A DNA stretch of 64,000 bases from a virus. Position 1 is the stretch's first letter, and every line of letters begins with the position of its first letter. Both the position numbers and the translations under genes were made by a program. Below, piece after piece: positions 10,716 through 20,474 of this stretch. The stretch covers positions 19,216 to 83,215 of the IMG/VR virus record IMGVR_UViG_3300023174_000130. The stretch is one strand, 5' to 3'. The notes below the pieces were generated by a model, which saw only the letters and a program-made list of their open reading frames with translations, ran no database searches and had not been told where the DNA came from.

Positions 10716-11682
10716 ATAGATTAGACTTTATAGTATCAACAATGTATTTAGCTCTTGCTGTAGTGGTTGCATTTTTAAATAACCACTGTCGTTGTTGGTT
10801 CAACATATCCACATAATCATCTGTGGGCTTATTATTTATTACAAGTCGATTCATTATATGATCTAATTCTTCTTTTGAAGAATATGAATAACATGGTAAA
10901 TTTTGTGGAGAGCATAGTGGTGGTTTTTTATCATAGTCTTTAAAAAGAAGTAATGCACCTGAAGCAATTATTTCATAATGTCTAAGGCAATCCCATCCAC
11001 CTTTTTTGCACGTAACCCCAAACCAAGATTCTTGCATATCTTTGTAATAAGGATCCTCTTCAGTAAATACGTGATGTTTTCTAGTACCCAATTCAGGATC
11101 ATTTCCAAAAATAGCGCTACTAGGAGCTGTTTTTGGTAATAATTTATTTTTTATAGATAAGTCTATTGGCTTTATTTGGTACTCTGGAATTCCAAAACCT
11201 GTTGGATATATATTTTTTTCTAAAAATACCAATTCTCTTTTAAAAGAATTCTTTTTTTGATTTCCTATAATATACTCTTCATCATAGATTTTCATTATTG
11301 GTGCAGTTCCATATAAATCATGTCCATCAAGATACCAAATTTTTGATTCATCATAATTGTCATATATAAATTTATATTCTGGGTAACCATCATATTGACC
11401 TAACGTTCCAAAAAGAATTGCATCAAATTTTATATTTAATATGTTGTTTCTTTTTTGAGCATCAATATTTTTTATTGGAAGCTTATATAATGTAAATCCT
11501 CTTCCGTGCAATGAATCTTTTTTTGTATTAGACCAGTCGTGATACATAACTTTTTTTTCTGGATAATCTACGCAATTATCTCCAAGGATAGTTCGTAAAC
11601 CGTGCAATATTCCAACTTCAAGTAAATCTCCCTGTGCCAGAGGATTTGCAGTAGTTATATACAATAAATTTAAATTCTCCAT
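10702..11682 (-). CDS. putative GT-B-fold glycosyltransferase
   Basis: C-terminal GGWDCLRHYEIIASG resembles the R-x-[FY]-E motif of CgeB/GT47-like enzymes; island context. Confidence 0.6.
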   Translation of the reverse strand: MENLNLLYITTANPLAQGDLLEVGILHGLRTILGDNCVDYPEKKVMYHDWSNTKKDSLHGRGFTLYKLPIKNIDAQKRNNILNIKFDAILFGTLGQYDGYPEYKFIYDNYDESKIWYLDGHDLYGTAPIMKIYDEEYIIGNQKKNSFKRELVFLEKNIYPTGFGIPEYQIKPIDLSIKNKLLPKTAPSSAIFGNDPELGTRKHHVFTEEDPYYKDMQESWFGVTCKKGGWDCLRHYEIIASGALLLFKDYDKKPPLCSPQNLPCYSYSSKEELDHIMNRLVINNKPTDDYVDMLNQQRQWLFKNATTTARAKYIVDTIKSNLYATI

Positions 11683-12392
11683 TGTTGTCCACCTGCAAAA
11701 TGTCTTATTTTAGTATTTTCTTTTTTTGACTTTGTTATATTATATTGCATTAAAGCTGGCCCAATTTCAGCATACTCTTCGGCTAAAAGAGTTGTATTCC
11801 ATTCTGGCCCAAGTATTTGAACATTACTGTGTAATTCGTCCAAGCTGTATTTTGTATATTCTGATTTGTTTTGATGCCATCCATAATTTGGCAATTCCAA
11901 AAATGAAATCCAACTATGAGGAATTATACCACACAAAGTATAAAATGCAGCTTGCTCCCGAAATGCCTGCCAATGTGTATCATATTTTTTCTTTTCCCAT
12001 AAAGTTTCATCTAATATATTTTCAATTAATTTTATTGTCCATTTATTAACTTTTAATTTGTATGAACCCATACAAAATGTATTACCGTTATCTATACAAA
12101 TTGAAAATGATTTGTCGCAAGGATAATCATTATCAAATTGATCTATTCTCATATCTGCATCCAAATGAAGTAATTCGTCACCTTCTTTTAATGTTCCATT
12201 ATCTAACATTTCTTTTACTAATGTAAATTTCCACCAAGTTGGATTACCCCTAAAAATATCTCCACCTTTGCTGACAACATATTCATAACCATGAATATCA
12301 GCAAATTTTTTATTTCTTGGTGAGAAATGCTCTTCAAAAAATTGTTGTCTATTATCTTTATAATTTGCAATAACAAATAATACTTTTTTCAT
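11670..12392 (-). CDS. GT34-like (galactosyl/xylosyl transferase) glycosyltransferase
   Basis: FADIHGYEY, PTWWKF, LHLDAD (DxD), EQAA, WN, IRHFAG. Confidence 0.72.
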   Translation of the reverse strand: MKKVLFVIANYKDNRQQFFEEHFSPRNKKFADIHGYEYVVSKGGDIFRGNPTWWKFTLVKEMLDNGTLKEGDELLHLDADMRIDQFDNDYPCDKSFSICIDNGNTFCMGSYKLKVNKWTIKLIENILDETLWEKKKYDTHWQAFREQAAFYTLCGIIPHSWISFLELPNYGWHQNKSEYTKYSLDELHSNVQILGPEWNTTLLAEEYAEIGPALMQYNITKSKKENTKIRHFAGGQQWRI

Positions 12393-13240
12393 TTTACTCT
12401 CTTTATAATATTATCATACATTCCGTCTAATGTAAAATAAGAAGAATATATTTTTTTTCCTGTTGTCAATAATTTTTCATATTGTTCATCATTTATATTT
12501 TTTAATATACTATCGATGTTATTAATATTATTTTCATCAATTAAAATTGAAAACTCATTCCAATTTAATTCATCTTGCCAAGGTAAATATAGTTTATCTG
12601 TTATAATAACAGGAACACAATTTAATTGAAATGCTTCATATAATCTAAAAGAATTTAATCCATATCCTCTAGGACAGAGTAAATATTTACTTTTAGATGC
12701 CAATTCTAAAAATAGTTCAAATTCTGATTTATGTACTGCAGGTGACCATTGTTTAATCCATATTTGATAATCGTCTTTACCAAATAAAGTTTGGCCCATT
12801 TTTATTCTAATTGGATGTGTTGCAGAACCAACAAAAGAAGCAATATATTTTTTTTCTTCTTTTATAATCAGTTCTGTTGGCAATTGTGAACAAATTAATG
12901 GAATGGGTATAATATTTTTTCCAGAAACATTTCCACCTGCCGAAAAACATAACGTATCTGGTGGTAAAATATGCCTTGGTGCATCATCATGTTGTAAAAC
13001 TGTAAAATATTTTTTATTTAAATCTAGTGAATTTAAAAATGATTGTATATCTTTATCTTTATTTTCACAATACAATGTTGTCCAACTTATTGCAATATAA
13101 TCTCTATCCAATGACGGATTATTTTCTATAAATTTTTTATAGAAATAGTCTTCCATATAATCCCCACTATGATATGGTGGGTATACGGGATATGAAGGAA
13201 CAGGTCTTAAATCTTCACGAGTATAAATCACAGATACCAA
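12389..13240 (-). CDS. exostosin-family (GT47) glycosyltransferase
   Basis: SFVGS and SKYLLCPRGYGLNSFRLYEAFQLNCVPVII..YLPW signature. Confidence 0.88.
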   Translation of the reverse strand: MVSVIYTREDLRPVPSYPVYPPYHSGDYMEDYFYKKFIENNPSLDRDYIAISWTTLYCENKDKDIQSFLNSLDLNKKYFTVLQHDDAPRHILPPDTLCFSAGGNVSGKNIIPIPLICSQLPTELIIKEEKKYIASFVGSATHPIRIKMGQTLFGKDDYQIWIKQWSPAVHKSEFELFLELASKSKYLLCPRGYGLNSFRLYEAFQLNCVPVIITDKLYLPWQDELNWNEFSILIDENNINNIDSILKNINDEQYEKLLTTGKKIYSSYFTLDGMYDNIIKRVK

Positions 13241-13905
13241 ACTCCAATATCTTTTAATCTATTTATCTTGTTTTCCAGACCAACAATATAATTGCAATGG
13301 AGCATTATGGTAGCATCAATATTTGTACCTTTTGCATCAAAAAAATAACCACCATTTGGAAAATAATTTAAATTAAAAAAATCAACTTGTTTTTTTAATC
13401 CATTCTTTTCAAGATAATTGTTGCACACTAATTGATCATCTTCAGTATTCTGTGATCCAAGATCATCAATTATTTTTTTAGATAAATCACACTCTGGAAA
13501 ATACATCAATCCTGTACAAGCACATTTTACAGGATAATCTATTTGAAATGTTGGATTTTTTATTTGTTCTAAAAACGTATTTGGATTTTTTAAAAATACT
13601 ATATCAGTGTCCAACCACATTAATGATTTATTATTTTCATAATATTTTTTAATAAGTGTCCATTTATTTTTTACTAATGCTCTAAATTTTGATTGTTCAT
13701 CCCATGTCCAATTATGGTATGCTTGTTCGGGCACATCTTCAAATAATTCAGTCGCAATACCTTGTTCAGTGTAATAATCATATATCGGTCTATCAAATGC
13801 AACAATAATAAATTGTGATTTGCTAATACCTACTTTTTCTGCAGACAATAACATATTGTCACAAATATTTTTACAACCACTGTTTAAATATGTCAAATAT
13901 TTCAT
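13228..13905 (-). CDS. nucleotide-diphospho-sugar transferase (GT77-like)
   Basis: WLDTDIVFLKNP, DDQ, FPNG, HCNYIVGLENKI motifs. Confidence 0.82.
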   Translation of the reverse strand: MKYLTYLNSGCKNICDNMLLSAEKVGISKSQFIIVAFDRPIYDYYTEQGIATELFEDVPEQAYHNWTWDEQSKFRALVKNKWTLIKKYYENNKSLMWLDTDIVFLKNPNTFLEQIKNPTFQIDYPVKCACTGLMYFPECDLSKKIIDDLGSQNTEDDQLVCNNYLEKNGLKKQVDFFNLNYFPNGGYFFDAKGTNIDATIMLHCNYIVGLENKINRLKDIGVWYL

Positions 13906-14570
13906 TTTGATATAAAAAATTCTTTCATTCTTCGGTCAAAAACTTTTTTATCTTTATCATACATTTCGGTATTTTCATTTCTAGCATGCAATGTATCCCA
14001 TGGTTCAGGAGTCCATGCGTGTTGAATAATGCAAACCGGAGATGTGGCTAGTTTTTTCATAGCCATTAATACCAAAGATTGTTCTGTATCAGAATACACG
14101 GAAGTATATTCTGGACTATAAATATATCCAAAATGTTTGTATAGTGGCCAACCCATGACACACAATGTCATTAAATTATCATCTCTCAAACCATCATGAA
14201 ATTTAATAGCTCCATTAAAATCTGGGAAGGTTTGTTTAAACCCTTCAAATATGATATCATCATATCCTTTAATTTGTGGAATCATATCATCAGATGCTAA
14301 AAGCAATACATCCGCGTTTTCATCATCTAAATCTGCATTTACAGCTTGTATTTTTGATTTAGAATGACCATAAACATATTTAATTTTGATTGGTAAAGAA
14401 TTTAACCAATTTTTAATTTCATCATTGTTCATGGTGAGGTCGTCTTCATCCATAGTAACAACAAACTTTACATCATGCTTTCCTGAAAGGAAATCAATGT
14501 AAAGTTGAAATACTTTTTTAAATTTTTCTGGTCTATTTCTTGTTGGAAATTTAATTAATAATCTAGACAT
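13902..14570 (-). CDS. GT2-like glycosyltransferase
   Basis: IKFPTRNRPEKF N-terminus, LLLASDDM, YSDTE; Shine-Dalgarno GAGG upstream. Confidence 0.78.
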   Translation of the reverse strand: MSRLLIKFPTRNRPEKFKKVFQLYIDFLSGKHDVKFVVTMDEDDLTMNNDEIKNWLNSLPIKIKYVYGHSKSKIQAVNADLDDENADVLLLASDDMIPQIKGYDDIIFEGFKQTFPDFNGAIKFHDGLRDDNLMTLCVMGWPLYKHFGYIYSPEYTSVYSDTEQSLVLMAMKKLATSPVCIIQHAWTPEPWDTLHARNENTEMYDKDKKVFDRRMKEFFISK

Positions 14571-14584
14571 AATACCTCACAATT

Positions 14585-14612
14585 AATATAATACATCATA
14601 TAAAGATGTCAA
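14585..14612 (-). promoter_or_regulatory. sigma70-like promoter for glycan island, 16-bp spacer
   Basis: TTGACA-N16-TATATT. Confidence 0.6.
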
Positions 14613-14621
14613 GTTATTTAG

Positions 14622-14649
14622 TTGACTTTTTTCTAAGGTACTTTATACT
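14622..14649 (+). promoter_or_regulatory. sigma70-like promoter for uvsY, 16-bp spacer
   Basis: TTGACT-N16-TATACT, divergent from the island promoter. Confidence 0.65.
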
Positions 14650-14658
14650 ACAAACCAA

Positions 14659-15096
14659 ATGAATCTAGAAGACCTCAAGAATAATATTACTAAAGATTCC
14701 CAAATAGACTCTACAGAATTAGGTGTAGAGGCTCTTAAGATACCTCAAGTACACGCCAAATATCTTAATATGCTTACAGATTTTAAATTGCTTTTGACCA
14801 AGCATCAAAATGATTATGCAATTCAACGATTGCGTAAGTGGAAAATATTGACTGGCAAAGCATCCAAAGAAGAACTGGAAGCATGGGGAGAAGAACCCTT
14901 TGATTTGGATCTACTCAAAACTGATGTAGAAAAGTTCATTGAGGGTGATCCTAAGATTGTTGAATTAAAGTCCAAAGTGGCTGTCAACGAAATTAAGGTC
15001 AAGATGGTAGAAGAGTTCTTGAAGGCCATCAACAACCGAAACTTCAACATCAAGTCTGCCATTGACTGGCAAAAAATGATGAACGGTATAGTATAA
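14659..15096 (+). CDS. uvsY: recombination mediator
   Basis: DSQID, KIPQVHAKY and INNRNFNIKSAIDWQK motifs. Confidence 0.92.
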   Translation: MNLEDLKNNITKDSQIDSTELGVEALKIPQVHAKYLNMLTDFKLLLTKHQNDYAIQRLRKWKILTGKASKEELEAWGEEPFDLDLLKTDVEKFIEGDPKIVELKSKVAVNEIKVKMVEEFLKAINNRNFNIKSAIDWQKMMNGIV

Positions 15097-15103
15097 ATAT
15101 TAT

Positions 15104-16612
15104 GTGGATATTGAAGTTGAATCTGTAGATGAAGTTCGTTACTACATCAAAGCAGAAAAAGGAATTAAGCAAGAGTTACGAGATTATTTCTCGTTCATGG
15201 TACCCGGTGCCCAGTATATGCCCATGTTTAAACGGCGTATATGGGATGGAAAGATCCGGTTATATGATATTCTTACATCTACCCTTCCCCGTGGTCTAAA
15301 AACCTATCTTGATAAGTTTTCTGTAGATAGAAAATACTCATTAAATATTAAAGAGAGTAGGAATCCTTTATGTATAAAGGAAACACAGCTTGCACAATTT
15401 TACGATACCCTAGCGGTATCGGTAAAGAAGAAGCCCGTGCAAATGCATGCCCATCAGCAACAGGCCATTATGCATGCTTTGAACAATCACAGATGCGTAT
15501 TGATTTCTCCTACTGGTTCGGGCAAAAGTTTGATAATCTACGTCTTGGTCCGATTTCTACAATCCGTATTATCGCCAAATCGAAAAATTTTGATTCTCGT
15601 ACCAACAGTTGGTCTCGTGAATCAGATGGATTCTGATTTTTTTGATTATTCTTCTCAAGACTCATCTTGGTCTTGCAAAAAATACATTCATAAGATATCG
15701 GCTGGCGTAGATAAAGATACTAATAAACAAATAGTCGTATCAACATGGCAGTCAATATACAAACTACCAAGAGAGTGGTTTGACCAGTTTGATGCCATTT
15801 TCTTTGACGAGTGCCATCAGGCCAAGGCAGAATCAATCAACATGATTGGTCAGAAGCTTGCCAAGGCTTGGTTTCGTATTGGTACAACAGGAACTCTAGA
15901 TCAAGCACAAGCACACCGACTGAACATTGAAGGTATTCTTGGTCCTGCTATTCAGTTCATTCAAACAAAAAACCTAATGAACAAAGGTTTGCTTGCCACT
16001 ATTGGAATAGACTGTATTCTGTTGCAATACACTGATGAGGAGAAACAACTCATCAAAAAGCAAAAATACCCCGACGAATTAAAGTGGATTATAACTAATC
16101 AAAAGAGGAATGAATTTGTCAAAGAACTCGCGCTCAAAACCAAAGGCAACACGCTCGTCCTCTTCAATTACGTCGAAGATCACGGCAAGCCTCTCGCCGC
16201 TCTCTTGGAGTCAGCAAAAAGCGGTAGACCAATATATTTCATCTCTGGAAAAACAGAAGCAGACACAAGAGAATATATTAGAAAAGTCGTTGATACGGAA
16301 AGAGATGCTATACTGGTTGCGAGTTATGGTACTACTAGCGCTGGTATCAACATTGTTAATATCGACAATATTATTTTTGCCTCGCCTACTAAGTCTATAA
16401 TTAGATTGTTACAGAGCATTGGTCGGGGTCTCAGAGTATCTGCAAAGAAGAAAACATTAAAAGTTTTTGATATTGTTGATGACTTGTGCTGGCTTAAACA
16501 CAAGAATCATATCTTCCGTCACTTCGAAGAGCGCGTAAAGATATACAAAAAAGAAAAGTTTGATCATAAGATCTTTTCCATGTCTTTAAAGGACAGCATA
16601 AAAGATAAATAA
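15104..16612 (+). CDS. uvsW: SF2 DNA helicase
   Basis: WDGKIRL, SPTGSGKS, DECH, LQSIGRGLR; TATAAATA at 15092-15099. Confidence 0.96.
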   Translation: MDIEVESVDEVRYYIKAEKGIKQELRDYFSFMVPGAQYMPMFKRRIWDGKIRLYDILTSTLPRGLKTYLDKFSVDRKYSLNIKESRNPLCIKETQLAQFYDTLAVSVKKKPVQMHAHQQQAIMHALNNHRCVLISPTGSGKSLIIYVLVRFLQSVLSPNRKILILVPTVGLVNQMDSDFFDYSSQDSSWSCKKYIHKISAGVDKDTNKQIVVSTWQSIYKLPREWFDQFDAIFFDECHQAKAESINMIGQKLAKAWFRIGTTGTLDQAQAHRLNIEGILGPAIQFIQTKNLMNKGLLATIGIDCILLQYTDEEKQLIKKQKYPDELKWIITNQKRNEFVKELALKTKGNTLVLFNYVEDHGKPLAALLESAKSGRPIYFISGKTEADTREYIRKVVDTERDAILVASYGTTSAGINIVNIDNIIFASPTKSIIRLLQSIGRGLRVSAKKKTLKVFDIVDDLCWLKHKNHIFRHFEERVKIYKKEKFDHKIFSMSLKDSIKDK

Positions 16613-16633
16613 TAGAGAAGGGAGGACATACAT

Positions 16634-17302
16634 ATGTCCGAATCACTTCCCGAGAATTCTTTTGGCGGTGTATTGCGAGTTGTTAAGCTTACTTCAGGTG
16701 AAGAAATAATTGGTATGGTACATGAAGCATACCCCGATAGAATTTCAATTAAATTACCTGCTCGTATTGAAACCTATGTAGTTCGTGATGAAAAAAGCGA
16801 ACTAATAGAATACGTAAAACTTACAAACTATCTTTCAAACATACGTGGTTATGAAATTTCATTATCACGAAATGTCATAGTCTACATGGGTTCTCCAGCA
16901 TTAGAATTAGAAAAAATGTATGAAGTATTCTTCATGACCATGCAGACTGATTCCAAGACAACAATTGCTCCAATGCCAGATGACATGAAATTTGGTCATG
17001 AAGCCGGGCTTCAAATGTTAAATGATCTTTTTACAAATGAAGATTTTGTAAATTTTGTAAATGACATGATTGACAGTTTTGAGGCTGCTGAAATCTTAAT
17101 AGAAGACGATGATATTGAGGAAATAGAAGAATCTGAAGCAGAATCGGCTATAATGGACACTCCACAAGAAGAGGCTCCAAGTCCACCCAAGCCAAAGAAA
17201 CGCCGTACAATGAATCCTGAGATTAAAAAACTACCTTTTAATCCAGAAGGGGACCCAAAATCAGCTGAGAGCTGGTCAGATGATCCTAAAGATTATCTTT
17301 AA
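16634..17302 (+). CDS. conserved T4-like hypothetical protein (Sm-like N-terminus, acidic tail)
   Basis: VVKLTSGEEII motif; usual position after uvsW; GGAGG Shine-Dalgarno. Confidence 0.7.
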   Translation: MSESLPENSFGGVLRVVKLTSGEEIIGMVHEAYPDRISIKLPARIETYVVRDEKSELIEYVKLTNYLSNIRGYEISLSRNVIVYMGSPALELEKMYEVFFMTMQTDSKTTIAPMPDDMKFGHEAGLQMLNDLFTNEDFVNFVNDMIDSFEAAEILIEDDDIEEIEESEAESAIMDTPQEEAPSPPKPKKRRTMNPEIKKLPFNPEGDPKSAESWSDDPKDYL

Positions 17303-17823
17303 ACTTGATTTGTCAAATCATCGGGGGCATCAGGATTTAACGTATAATATGAAAATTTAAATTTGCAAGTTGCTTTTTGCAAAATGGCATCAGCGCTATC
17401 TGCTTGAAATATCACTCCACTTAAATTTGTTGGAACAATATATTTAAAAGTAACTGTTAAATTTGTACAAGTTGAGGTTGGATCATATATCATTAAATTT
17501 GCACTTCTGTGCCAATCTTGATATTTTATATTATTTTGGTCGTCGTTTTCAATATTTGCCAAATTACGCATCCACGAATATAAACTCTTCCAGTTTTCCA
17601 ATCTTGAATCAACTATAAATTCTACATTTAAAGTTTCATAGTTAAATTGCATAGTTGGAACTGGTACTGTTGTTCCAAAAATTGTAGGTTGTGCTGTGTC
17701 TGGTACTGTACATCCAGGAAGATTGACTCTTTGGCAATTCAATTCAAATTGCTTTGTACCTCTTCCAAAGACTAAAGTAAAATAACTGTTGTATAGTGGA
17801 TTGATGTTTGAATTGCAGCTCAT
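17299..17823 (-). CDS. gp3: tail completion / tube terminator protein
   Basis: CQRVNLPG, LNVEFIVDSRLENWKSLYSWM; follows gp23. Confidence 0.85.
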   Translation of the reverse strand: MSCNSNINPLYNSYFTLVFGRGTKQFELNCQRVNLPGCTVPDTAQPTIFGTTVPVPTMQFNYETLNVEFIVDSRLENWKSLYSWMRNLANIENDDQNNIKYQDWHRSANLMIYDPTSTCTNLTVTFKYIVPTNLSGVIFQADSADAILQKATCKFKFSYYTLNPDAPDDLTNQV

Positions 17824-17845
17824 AAAATTATTTATCCCAAAACAT

Positions 17846-17873
17846 AAGTCCTCCCCATTTCTGGGGAGGACTT
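17846..17873 (-). terminator. hairpin terminator after gp23
   Basis: 12-bp arms AAGTCCTCCCCA/TGGGGAGGACTT with GAAA loop on the minus strand. Confidence 0.8.
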
Positions 17874-17908
17874 CGAAAGGTTTCCTACTTTTCTCAAGAC
17901 CCCATCAA

Positions 17909-19357
17909 TTAGATGGTGTTACCGTGGAGGTTGGTAACTCTGGTCAAGCGGTAGTATTGGTTGAGACCGGCAGTCAAGGTATCAGCGTCAGGGACGTTGT
18001 TGCTATTGAGAACATATGGGTTAGCAACTACACCATAACGGGTCTTGAAGGCAATACGAGGTTGGAAAGTATTTGGATCAACTGCACGTACCATTTGTAG
18101 CGGAACGTATGGGCAGTAGAACAATCCAGCATCATATGGCGATTCACCCTTATAACCAGCAACGAAGAAGTTATAACCGAGTGGGCTATATGGATCAATG
18201 TAAACCTTGATCTTACCACTTAGAACACCAGCAAAGGTGCTTTGAGTATCATCAGCATTGATTTGTGGTGAGATGGCGGGGCTTAGGCTCATGAATCCAG
18301 ACATGGCGAGGGCAGCTGCGGTATCGCTATCGCAGATGATAAAGTTGCCCTTACCACGGCGGGTTTCCTTGGCGATTGCATTGCATTCGCGTTCGATTTG
18401 GAAACTTAGACCACGGAAACGTTCAGCAGACCAACGGCCATCTGAATCGTCATCAAGATCATAGGTTCCCTTGGATGTGAGGTCGGTTTGTTGTGAACCG
18501 CTCTTAGCAACGTAGTAAATGGTCTTGACGATTTCACGGTTGATTTCGGCAAGAATTTCGGTGCTGAGAAGATTGGCCAACTCTGCTTCGGCATCTAGAC
18601 CGTGAACAGCCTTGAGATCTTGGGCAAGTTCGACGGTATAGTTGCTGCTTAGAGCACGGGTCTTGGCTTGTACAGCAACGCGGTCGATGCTGAATGCCAT
18701 TTGGTTCCAAGAACCATATTGTGGATTGGTGTAGCCACCAGTACCACCAGCAGAGAAACTTAGTGGATTGTTGCCGATACCTTCACCATTGGAAGTCAAC
18801 ATAGCGCGAAGATTTTGAAGTTCTGCAGCGCTAGGAACAACGCCATTATTAAAATTGTAACCAGCTGATAGACCCTTAGAGCTGGCAAAGGTTGATCCCA
18901 AAGTCCAACCTGAACCACCGTAAGATGCTTGTGGCTCTTGGAACATGGCTTCAACATAGCCCGATTGGCTATAGGTCTTACCAGAACCAGCGTATTGGTA
19001 ATTAGCACGCATAGCAAAGATGAGGCCGGTTGGAGCGGTCATTGGTTGAACGCCGCAGATGTCGTATGCCATTAGGTTTGGCATAGAACGACGAATGAGG
19101 CTGATTAGAACGGGATCATAACCAGATACTGCACCGGTATTATATCCGGTTGAAGTGGCTGGTCCACCAAGGTTAGCATTGCCACCCATATCTTCATAAA
19201 GATGTTGTTGGCGAAGAGCTTGTTCTTGGTTTTCCAAAAGAACTGCGGTGACTTTCTTGCGATAGTCATCTTTGATTGCGGGAAGGGCTTCGTGACTTAA
19301 GACAGGATCCCACTTTTCTGTGAGAATGTCATATGGTGTGTTTTCTTGAAAATTCAT
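17909..19357 (-). CDS. gp23: major capsid protein
   Basis: DPVLISLIRRSMPNLMAYDICGVQPMTAPTGLIFAMR, ELAQDLKAVHGLDAEAEL, FQPRIAFKTRYG. Confidence 0.99.
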   Translation of the reverse strand: MNFQENTPYDILTEKWDPVLSHEALPAIKDDYRKKVTAVLLENQEQALRQQHLYEDMGGNANLGGPATSTGYNTGAVSGYDPVLISLIRRSMPNLMAYDICGVQPMTAPTGLIFAMRANYQYAGSGKTYSQSGYVEAMFQEPQASYGGSGWTLGSTFASSKGLSAGYNFNNGVVPSAAELQNLRAMLTSNGEGIGNNPLSFSAGGTGGYTNPQYGSWNQMAFSIDRVAVQAKTRALSSNYTVELAQDLKAVHGLDAEAELANLLSTEILAEINREIVKTIYYVAKSGSQQTDLTSKGTYDLDDDSDGRWSAERFRGLSFQIERECNAIAKETRRGKGNFIICDSDTAAALAMSGFMSLSPAISPQINADDTQSTFAGVLSGKIKVYIDPYSPLGYNFFVAGYKGESPYDAGLFYCPYVPLQMVRAVDPNTFQPRIAFKTRYGVVANPYVLNSNNVPDADTLTAGLNQYYRLTRVTNLHGNTI

Positions 19358-19406
19358 TGTAGTTATTATCTCCTAATTGAGTAAAATTATTTAGTAAAGT
19401 GAAAGT

Positions 19407-20435
19407 TTAGACTTTTTTATTGAGTCTACCAAGTGCACCAGCGTAGTTTTCTACGAGGTTTGTTGATGTTTGTTTGACGGGAACGAAAGTTTGTTCTGGT
19501 TCAATGTTTCTTGAGGAAACTGGACGAGAACGAGTTAGGTAGTTTTCACGAATAGCAACAAGCTTTTCGCGGTATTCTTCGGGGCTGGTAAAGGCTACAT
19601 TTTCCATTAGATTTTGTAGCTTAACAATTTGTGTATCTGCAAGTTCTCTGGTTTCAGCAACAAAGATGCCTGCGCATTCTGTCAAAGAAACTTCTTTCTT
19701 GAGGTTCATATTGTACTTAACGGCTTCATTGAGCTTAGCTTCTAGTTCGCGGTTTGAAGCATAGAGTTCATCAAGAACATTGTACTTCTCGGCAGGAACG
19801 TCGATGTAGTGGTTTTCAAAGAGGTTCTTGAGACCGCTGATGAAGTTTTCTGCAATTTGTGTTTTGACACCTTGCTCAACTGCAACAGCATTGTCAGTCA
19901 TCCATTCTTCGACAACATAATCTAGATAGTCGTCAACCTTCTCAACTAGAGATTCGGTGACATTATCAAGATAATTCTTTACATTGCCATCAACATTTTC
20001 TAGAATCTTAGCAACTTTGGTTTCAACACGTTCAGTAACGGCTGCTTCAAAGATAGCTTCTAGTTGATTGATGAGCGATGGGGAAACGTCTTCGCCAAGA
20101 AGAGAAATCAAAGCATCATGAAATTCTGCTTTTAATTCTTCGTTGGTTTCAACGGGTTCATCTTCGCCACCTTCTTCTACTTCTTCAGTTTCTTCTTCAG
20201 ACTCATCAGAAGAAGATTGCTTGGGAGCAGCGGCCATTCCAGCTGAAGCAGACATTGTTGCGGGAACTCCGGGCTTACCAATTCCGGCCATGACGGCAGG
20301 AATGCCAGCAACAATGGGTGATGCAATTTGGGAGCCTCTTCCCGACATATCTCTGTCTGAGCCACCAGCGGACATTGGATATCCAGCCATGGCTGCGTTT
20401 TCTTCTGTAATATTATTCTTGCGTGTGTTTTTCAT
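19407..20435 (-). CDS. gp22: prohead core scaffold protein
   Basis: IFEAAV, KVDDYLDYVVEEWM, FISGLKNLFENHYIDVP. Confidence 0.95.
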   Translation of the reverse strand: MKNTRKNNITEENAAMAGYPMSAGGSDRDMSGRGSQIASPIVAGIPAVMAGIGKPGVPATMSASAGMAAAPKQSSSDESEEETEEVEEGGEDEPVETNEELKAEFHDALISLLGEDVSPSLINQLEAIFEAAVTERVETKVAKILENVDGNVKNYLDNVTESLVEKVDDYLDYVVEEWMTDNAVAVEQGVKTQIAENFISGLKNLFENHYIDVPAEKYNVLDELYASNRELEAKLNEAVKYNMNLKKEVSLTECAGIFVAETRELADTQIVKLQNLMENVAFTSPEEYREKLVAIRENYLTRSRPVSSRNIEPEQTFVPVKQTSTNLVENYAGALGRLNKKV

Positions 20436-20474
20436 AAAAAGGAATCCTTGTAAATTATTTAGTAGTTTTAATAG

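Noticed and set aside
4796-14570. DNA hypermodification (T4-like glucosyl-hmC) as the role of the island
   Set aside because: No hydroxymethylase or recognisable DNA alpha/beta-glucosyltransferase in the window, and the GT families are glycan/protein-type; not fully excluded because the rest of the genome is unseen
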